Made by a program: the position numbers and the translations under genes. Of a stretch of 21,979 bases of DNA, positions 16,978 to 21,979 are shown piece by piece. The number at the start of each line of letters is the position of its first letter. Position 1 is the first letter of the stretch. The notes beneath the pieces are model-generated. The model was not told the origin of the DNA and ran no database searches. It saw only the letters and a list, made by a program, of their open reading frames with translations. The stretch is from Promethearchaeota archaeon (lineage in GTDB: Archaea; Asgardarchaeota; Lokiarchaeia; Sigyniarchaeales; SOKP01), in NCBI GenBank assembly GCA_013375475.1, contig JABXKD010000065.1, forward strand, positions 1 through 21,979. The letters run 5' to 3'.

Positions 16978-18159
16978 TTAATAATCTACTATTATTTCAG
17001 TCACCCATTTGGCATAGTTTGCTCGATTTCTACCTGGTATTTGAACGTTGAAAGGTCCACTCGAATATGATAAAATTTTCGATATGGGCCAAGGATCATC
17101 AAGAACCCCGTCATAAGTTTCTCCAAATTCTTGGATTTTCCATGCTAAATTCATGATTAAATCCGTAGCTGGAATTGGGACACCTAGACTAGACTCTGTT
17201 CCGTTAACATAGTCATCATCAGAACGAGGAATAACATGGGTTCCATTATTGTACATGCTATTTTCGACTTCTGATTTATTGTAAGGTGGTTCCCATTTCC
17301 AAAATGGTGTTATAAACCCATCTGCAGCTCCAAATGTGACTTCGTAATCAGGCTCACCATTAGCACTAGTCATTGCTATGATGTCTGAAACATTTTTGCC
17401 CCAATACTGACGATTAGCACCCCAACCAGATGTACTTTCATACTGATAAACTGCAGTATCTGGATCTTGAATCAAATCCCAAGCATCCAAAGTGAACTCA
17501 GTGGTTCCATTAACTATTACATCAATTGTCCAATTATTCATAACCGAAACTTGATTAAAGTTGTAGAAGTTGTCATTAGGATCCAATCCCATAATGGAAA
17601 AATTGCCCATTGAGGCATAATAAGGAGAATCTTGCAGCCATATCTGGTTTATAGCCAATACTAATATGAAATATGTTTTACCTTTCTTGGCATAACTTTT
17701 TGCGATGATATCAGCTGTGTGTACCTCTCTGGAAACAGAGCCTTCAGTCTCAAATTCAAGATCCCCTGCAAAGTAGATATTCTTTTCTTCCAATATATCT
17801 AAAATATTTACTCCAGTAACATACTGTCCTGAAATTGGATCTTGAATGGTAGTTAATTCAAGATAATTTTTCCAATCCGATAAAGAATCAGTTTCTAAGT
17901 CATCAAGATAGATTTGGACGCCTTCTAATATTTCACCAAGCGTAATAATGTGTTCTACACCATGAACATCAAATAATGAAAATGAGGAAGCATTTGGGGC
18001 TGTGCTCCAATCCTCTGGTAATCCTTGATAAAAAATAGTCGTTGAAGGTTCTTCAGTAAAGGGATTGGCAACGATCACATAACCTAGACCTCCCGCTAAA
18101 CCAACAGCAATGATCGCAAATATACCTATTAATATATCTTTTTTATCTATTTTCCTCAT
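16978..18159 (-). CDS. Acidic membrane-anchored extracellular protein with one or two degenerate Oxidored_molyb-like domains, lacking Cys
   Basis: N-terminal TM; first unit TGVNILDILE...ILVLAIN; second unit YWGKNVSDII, VTFGAADGF, MNLAW, GPFNVQIPG...NYAKWVTEI; several N-x-S/T sequons; no cysteine. Confidence 0.55.
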   Translation of the reverse strand: MRKIDKKDILIGIFAIIAVGLAGGLGYVIVANPFTEEPSTTIFYQGLPEDWSTAPNASSFSLFDVHGVEHIITLGEILEGVQIYLDDLETDSLSDWKNYLELTTIQDPISGQYVTGVNILDILEEKNIYFAGDLEFETEGSVSREVHTADIIAKSYAKKGKTYFILVLAINQIWLQDSPYYASMGNFSIMGLDPNDNFYNFNQVSVMNNWTIDVIVNGTTEFTLDAWDLIQDPDTAVYQYESTSGWGANRQYWGKNVSDIIAMTSANGEPDYEVTFGAADGFITPFWKWEPPYNKSEVENSMYNNGTHVIPRSDDDYVNGTESSLGVPIPATDLIMNLAWKIQEFGETYDGVLDDPWPISKILSYSSGPFNVQIPGRNRANYAKWVTEIIVDY

Positions 18160-18257
18160 ATTTTTTCAAATTTTAAGTTTTTTTACAAATTATTGAAATT
18201 TGTCAATTTCCACTTCTATCAAGCGAAAATTTTCATACTTTGGTGAAAAAAAAAATT

Positions 18258-18276
18258 CATAACATATAAAATTATG
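18258..18276 (-). promoter_or_regulatory. Putative TATA box inside an inverted repeat upstream of the ECF cluster
   Basis: Minus strand CATAA-TTTTATATG-TTATG, about 100 nt upstream of ATG 18159. Confidence 0.3.
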
Positions 18277-18474
18277 CGTTTGGTCTGACGGGTAATATCG
18301 TCTAAAAACGATTCACTCAGTCAATATTGGAATTACTTTGATCAGAATGACTAGAAATTGGGCGAATAAGGCTCTTAAGAATAATCTAGTACTATTATAG
18401 AATTCTTTATTAAAAAGCTTAGAGAAATTGCTGATCCAATAACTCTTAATGAGAAATTTATAAAAAATCAGAAA

Positions 18475-19401
18475 TTAATTGAAGGCAAACAATCTTCTCA
18501 TAATATCAACTGTACCTGAATCAAATTTCTTAAACATTGTATAAGCAGCAATTGGTACAACACAGCCACAATTCTCACATAAAAGTGGTGAATTTCCCAT
18601 AACGCAAAACTTCTGTTTTCCATCAGGAAAGAAACTTTTTACTTGACCAGTTTTAAATACACAATGTGGCACGAATTCTTTTGACAAGTATACTTCTAGC
18701 ATTTTTTTGGAATATAAAATAAAATCTCCATATTCATGTATTACCTTTAAAATATCTTTAATTGTCTTTTCTAACATATTACCTTTTAATAAGAGTGGGT
18801 TGTCCGGATAACTGGTATATAATAGAAATATTAATCCTGATGCATCATTATCGTAGGCAACTTTGGCAATATCTTCAATTTCCTTATAATTTAATTCCAT
18901 GATGGTTGATGTAACGATCGGATTGTTCTCCTGAATATTCGTTATGACTTTATCAAAAACACTTGCTCCTCTTATTTTATCATGAGTTTCTTTAGTACCA
19001 TCTATACTTACCCAGTATTTCGGTTGTTTATATCCATTAAATCGAGGTAACTTTATGACTCCATTAGATACAACCTGTACATTGGGAAAAATTTTAATTG
19101 CTTCTTTTATAACCTCCATTCTTAAAGTAGGTTCTCCGCCGGTTAAAATAGCTGTTTTGGTTCCTAATTTTCTATGGTATTTAAAAAACTTAATGAATTC
19201 GTCCTCTGATAATTCCGTTCTTTTACATTTTAATTCCGTTGCTGATGAGAAAAAATAGCAATGCGTGCATTTAAGGTTACATTGCCAAGTTAAGTCATAA
19301 TTCACATATAAAGGGACATTTCTTAGTATTGACTGTAAAAATGATGGAGTATAAGCAAGAAAACTTATTAAATTTTTCACAGTAAATAGTCCCATAATCA
19401 A
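18475..19401 (-). CDS. Radical SAM protein with a C-terminal Cys-rich (SPASM/Twitch-like) region
   Basis: CNLKCTHC, LTGGEP, SNG, VSIDG...HDKIRG; C-terminal HCVF...FCVM...LCENCGC. Confidence 0.9.
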   Translation of the reverse strand: MIMGLFTVKNLISFLAYTPSFLQSILRNVPLYVNYDLTWQCNLKCTHCYFFSSATELKCKRTELSEDEFIKFFKYHRKLGTKTAILTGGEPTLRMEVIKEAIKIFPNVQVVSNGVIKLPRFNGYKQPKYWVSIDGTKETHDKIRGASVFDKVITNIQENNPIVTSTIMELNYKEIEDIAKVAYDNDASGLIFLLYTSYPDNPLLLKGNMLEKTIKDILKVIHEYGDFILYSKKMLEVYLSKEFVPHCVFKTGQVKSFFPDGKQKFCVMGNSPLLCENCGCVVPIAAYTMFKKFDSGTVDIMRRLFAFN

Positions 19402-19481
19402 TATAAGAATCGCGGTTTTAAAAATAAGTCTCTAAAAAAGTAAAAAGAGTAGGTATTCTTTACGAAATAGGAAAAAAATAG

Positions 19482-20219
19482 TTAAGGCATAGTAATAACA
19501 TTACTGTCCTCATCAAGTTTAATTATTCCCTTTACTGCGAGCTGTTTAATTGTTCTTACTGCCATGATTGGAGGTACAGATAGTAAATCCTTTAGTTCCT
19601 CAAGGTTACAACTGCCTTGCGATATAATTGTAGCGATGATATCCACTTCAGATATATCTTCTTTAGAGTTTTCTATTAAAAATGAAGTGAAGTAATTATT
19701 TCTTTTGAGTTGTTTTAATTTATAATCTAAGCCTTGCATTTTTTCTTCCGTGTACATGGTTCTTAATTGTTTTTCACTGTTTCCGTAGTCAATTTTTTTC
19801 TGATCTAATTGTGAGTTATCGCTCTCCTTTAAAGCGATTTTTTCGGCCACAGAATTTATTTTAGATAAAAGATTTTCAAGTTCTAACTTTGGAGCTTTAA
19901 GAGCATCCTTAATCCGCTCAAAAGAATTCATAGCTTCAGTGCCTTTTAATTGTAGTTCGTTTTTAGAAGATTTTAAACCTTTCAGCTTTTTATCTAAATC
20001 TTCTGATTTAAATTTAAGTTCTGTTAATTCGCTATTTTGAGTCTCAATCTTTTCTTCTAATATTTTAATATTAAATTGCTCTTTTTTCATCCTTTTCCAT
20101 ATCAGACTTAAGTTTTGAATAATATTTTCACTATTTTTTTGAATCGTCTGTTGATATTCATCAAAATTTTTCTCCAGTTGTTCAATAGATCCCAAAATAT
20201 CTTTTAATTTTGAACTCAT
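19482..20219 (-). CDS. Coiled-coil protein with a C-terminal winged-helix-like domain
   Basis: About 170 aa of heptad-rich E/K/L/Q sequence, then EVDIIATIISQGSCNLEELKDLLSVPPIMAVRTIKQLAVKGIIKLDEDSNVI; SD GAGGAGGT; TAATG overlap with the upstream gene. Confidence 0.75.
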   Translation of the reverse strand: MSSKLKDILGSIEQLEKNFDEYQQTIQKNSENIIQNLSLIWKRMKKEQFNIKILEEKIETQNSELTELKFKSEDLDKKLKGLKSSKNELQLKGTEAMNSFERIKDALKAPKLELENLLSKINSVAEKIALKESDNSQLDQKKIDYGNSEKQLRTMYTEEKMQGLDYKLKQLKRNNYFTSFLIENSKEDISEVDIIATIISQGSCNLEELKDLLSVPPIMAVRTIKQLAVKGIIKLDEDSNVITMP

Positions 20220-20974
20220 TAGAAATCAACCTCCTCTTTCAAAGTTATAGTCCCGGTTGCTTGATCGTATTCAATAGGGGCACCTTCTTCAAGCATTTTA
20301 GTAATTATCTTTCGTGCTTGTTCCTCTCTCATATCGATGGCTAATAAAATATTTTGTAAATCTAAAGTACTTCCCACTTGTAGCGCTTTTATGAATTGGT
20401 ACAATTGCGAGTTGATATACCTCTTATTAATCAAAATTTTCATAGCAGCTACTCTTTTCTCATAAGACTCAACGAATTTTTCTTTTTTTCTGAAAGTTCC
20501 ATTAAGTTCTGCTTCTAAAGCTTTTAAGTTTTCTTCAAATTTTTCAACCTCTTTGGTTAGAGTAAAAAATTGATTCTCAAGTTCTTTTAGACGCTCATCC
20601 CGATTTGTTAGCTCTTCTTTTTTTAATTGAATTGTTTCTTGAGTCTCTTTCAGCTCGTTTTGAGTTTCCTGAATCTGAGATTCTACTTTCTGACGATTTT
20701 TTGTCAATTCAGCATTGTCTTCTTCAAACTTAACAATATCTCGTTGATTTTGGGATATCTTGTTTTTAAGCGAATTTATCTTTTCTGTGTTGGATTCTAT
20801 CGTTCTTAATAATAAATTCTTTTCATCTTCGTATTTCTCCAACTCTTCGACTACTTTTTCAGGTTCTATTCTTAGTTTCGGGATATATGTGTTATTTAAA
20901 CCACTGATATCTACAATTATCGAAACCATTTTCTTAAGGGAAGTTTTAGCATCTAGTAAAGGTGTTTCACTCAT
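20219..20974 (-). CDS. Coiled-coil protein with a C-terminal winged-helix-like domain (ATG 20974 preferred over TTG 20998)
   Basis: About 145-aa heptad region, then LYQFIKALQVGSTLDLQNILLAIDMREEQARKIITKMLEEGAPIEYDQATGTITL; SD AAGGAG precedes ATG 20974. Confidence 0.75.
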   Translation of the reverse strand: MSETPLLDAKTSLKKMVSIIVDISGLNNTYIPKLRIEPEKVVEELEKYEDEKNLLLRTIESNTEKINSLKNKISQNQRDIVKFEEDNAELTKNRQKVESQIQETQNELKETQETIQLKKEELTNRDERLKELENQFFTLTKEVEKFEENLKALEAELNGTFRKKEKFVESYEKRVAAMKILINKRYINSQLYQFIKALQVGSTLDLQNILLAIDMREEQARKIITKMLEEGAPIEYDQATGTITLKEEVDF

Positions 20975-21064
20975 TCTAAATTCTCCTTTATTTCTCAAAT
21001 ATAAATATAATTTACTTATAGAGCACGTATTATTAAATTTGTATTTTTCAAAACCACTTGAGAT

Positions 21065-21904
21065 TTATTTGATGTCTTTTGATATTTCTTTAATGAAGTT
21101 TTCTTTGTTGAGAACCACATTAATACCTCTTCTGTTCATAACGATATTTAGGTTCTCAATCAACTTTTCTGTAAAATATTTAAAATCAAAATGAATTGAA
21201 GGATAATTTCGGTAGTAGGCTCTTAGAAAAAGGTTGATCAATTCCATTTTGGCTTTAGGAACGGTTTGCTCGAATATCCCTGGATTTGTATCTAGTAAGG
21301 AACAGCAAACCCATGCTATATCGTCAATGTGATTTCCATTGTAAGAATCTTCGAAGTCTAGACCATACATTTCGTTTTCTGTGGGTTCATAAATGAAATC
21401 TCTTATCTGTGTATCTCCTTTGTTTAGAACCGTTGATACTGAATGATCATTATTCTCAATTAGAGTTTTTGCATGTAATTGATTAAACCAATCCGCTAAT
21501 TTCTCTATAGAGCGAGTAATTTCAGTTTTAATTTCAGGATTTAAATGTCCCAATTCTACAACACCTTCCAGTTTTTCGTTTATGAAATCACAGAGATTAA
21601 CCCCTTTAATCTTTTCAAGAATTAAATAGGGTTGTTTATAAAAAAGTACGTCAGGAACAAATAAATTTTTCTCCTTAAGTTTCATCAAAGTGTTATACTC
21701 GATGTCCGCATTATTGGTTCTAAATATTTTAACAACTACTTCTTTAGGTAAATGTAATGTGTCTCTGTTAAACATTAGACCTACAACGGAATTTTTCTTA
21801 CTCTTAATAGGAAATAAAATAAAATGATTAAATTTATCCACCAATTCTGGTAGATCTTCTTTAAGATCTGTAATGAGGTCTTTTCGTGTTTTAAAAAGCT
21901 CCAT
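21065..21904 (-). CDS. Atypical protein kinase-like (APH/RIO/Bud32-like) phosphotransferase
   Basis: VVVKIF (ATP-binding Lys), EYNTL (helix C Glu), YLILEKIKG hinge, LADWFNQLH, catalytic loop NKGDTQIRDF, GLDFED, DDIA. Confidence 0.75.
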   Translation of the reverse strand: MELFKTRKDLITDLKEDLPELVDKFNHFILFPIKSKKNSVVGLMFNRDTLHLPKEVVVKIFRTNNADIEYNTLMKLKEKNLFVPDVLFYKQPYLILEKIKGVNLCDFINEKLEGVVELGHLNPEIKTEITRSIEKLADWFNQLHAKTLIENNDHSVSTVLNKGDTQIRDFIYEPTENEMYGLDFEDSYNGNHIDDIAWVCCSLLDTNPGIFEQTVPKAKMELINLFLRAYYRNYPSIHFDFKYFTEKLIENLNIVMNRRGINVVLNKENFIKEISKDIK

Positions 21905-21979
21905 CTCTATAAAATGACAATAATTTTATGGAAGTCACTTAACTAATATCTATATATTAAAGATACAAGATAAATTTCT

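Noticed and set aside
18475-19401. Calling the radical SAM protein MoaA
   Set aside because: It lacks the MoaA motifs (LRISVT..CN.RC.YC context, C..CNR.R, C-terminal GG).
1339-20809. Short alternative ORFs in the track (1339+, 2121+, 5078-, 6314-, 7373-, 8157+, 9627+, 10262+, 11352-, 12696+, 19055+, 20627+)
   Set aside because: All lie largely within longer genes with clear family motifs (antisense or off-frame), have no recognisable motifs and show shadow-ORF composition.
19482-20998. SMC/Rad50 or ESCRT-III assignment for the coiled-coil genes
   Set aside because: No Walker A/B, ABC signature, hinge or zinc hook; no recognisable Snf7 core pattern.
20760-21194. 144-aa plus-strand ORF
   Set aside because: Antisense to both a coiled-coil gene and the kinase; its F/S/L-rich composition mirrors their K/E codons.
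1-21979. tRNA, rRNA, CRISPR array, IS element or prophage
   Set aside because: No GC-rich structured islands, regularly spaced repeats, transposase, integrase or viral genes seen; intergenic spaces are short and AT-rich.

Overview
AT-rich, gene-dense archaeal chromosomal segment, most likely Lokiarchaeia (Asgard archaea). The assignment rests on an archaeal Nre repair gene, an HTH_10 regulator, GGTGA/GGAGG Shine-Dalgarno motifs, a Loki-CTERM-like 'VPGY-TM-basic' tail, a PAS kinase with an 'LLAHDVSNILNNI' H-box and an SDS22-like LRR fragment. The left part holds nre (partial, missed by the ORF track), a flavodoxin-like gene, an LRR remnant, an O-methyltransferase, endonuclease V, a flavodiiron protein, a receiver/PAS-histidine kinase pair and an HTH_10 regulator. 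The middle holds a MoxR AAA+/vWA pair and a membrane-tethered alpha/beta hydrolase. The right part holds a six-gene minus-strand cluster (two membrane-anchored, cysteine-free proteins resembling the sulfite-oxidase Moco-binding fold, a DOMON/EB_dh-like heme-binding surface protein, and a complete ECF transporter), then a radical SAM enzyme, two coupled coiled-coil/winged-helix genes and an atypical kinase. The top candidates for novelty are (1) a possible molybdenum/tungsten cofactor or heme scavenging ECF system, (2) apparent AUA/AUC initiation in several genes, including a possible recoding junction between moxR and vWA, and (3) the coiled-coil/winged-helix pair plus kinase. No tRNA, rRNA, CRISPR array or mobile element was seen. 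All family calls come from motifs recognised by eye; no searches were run.
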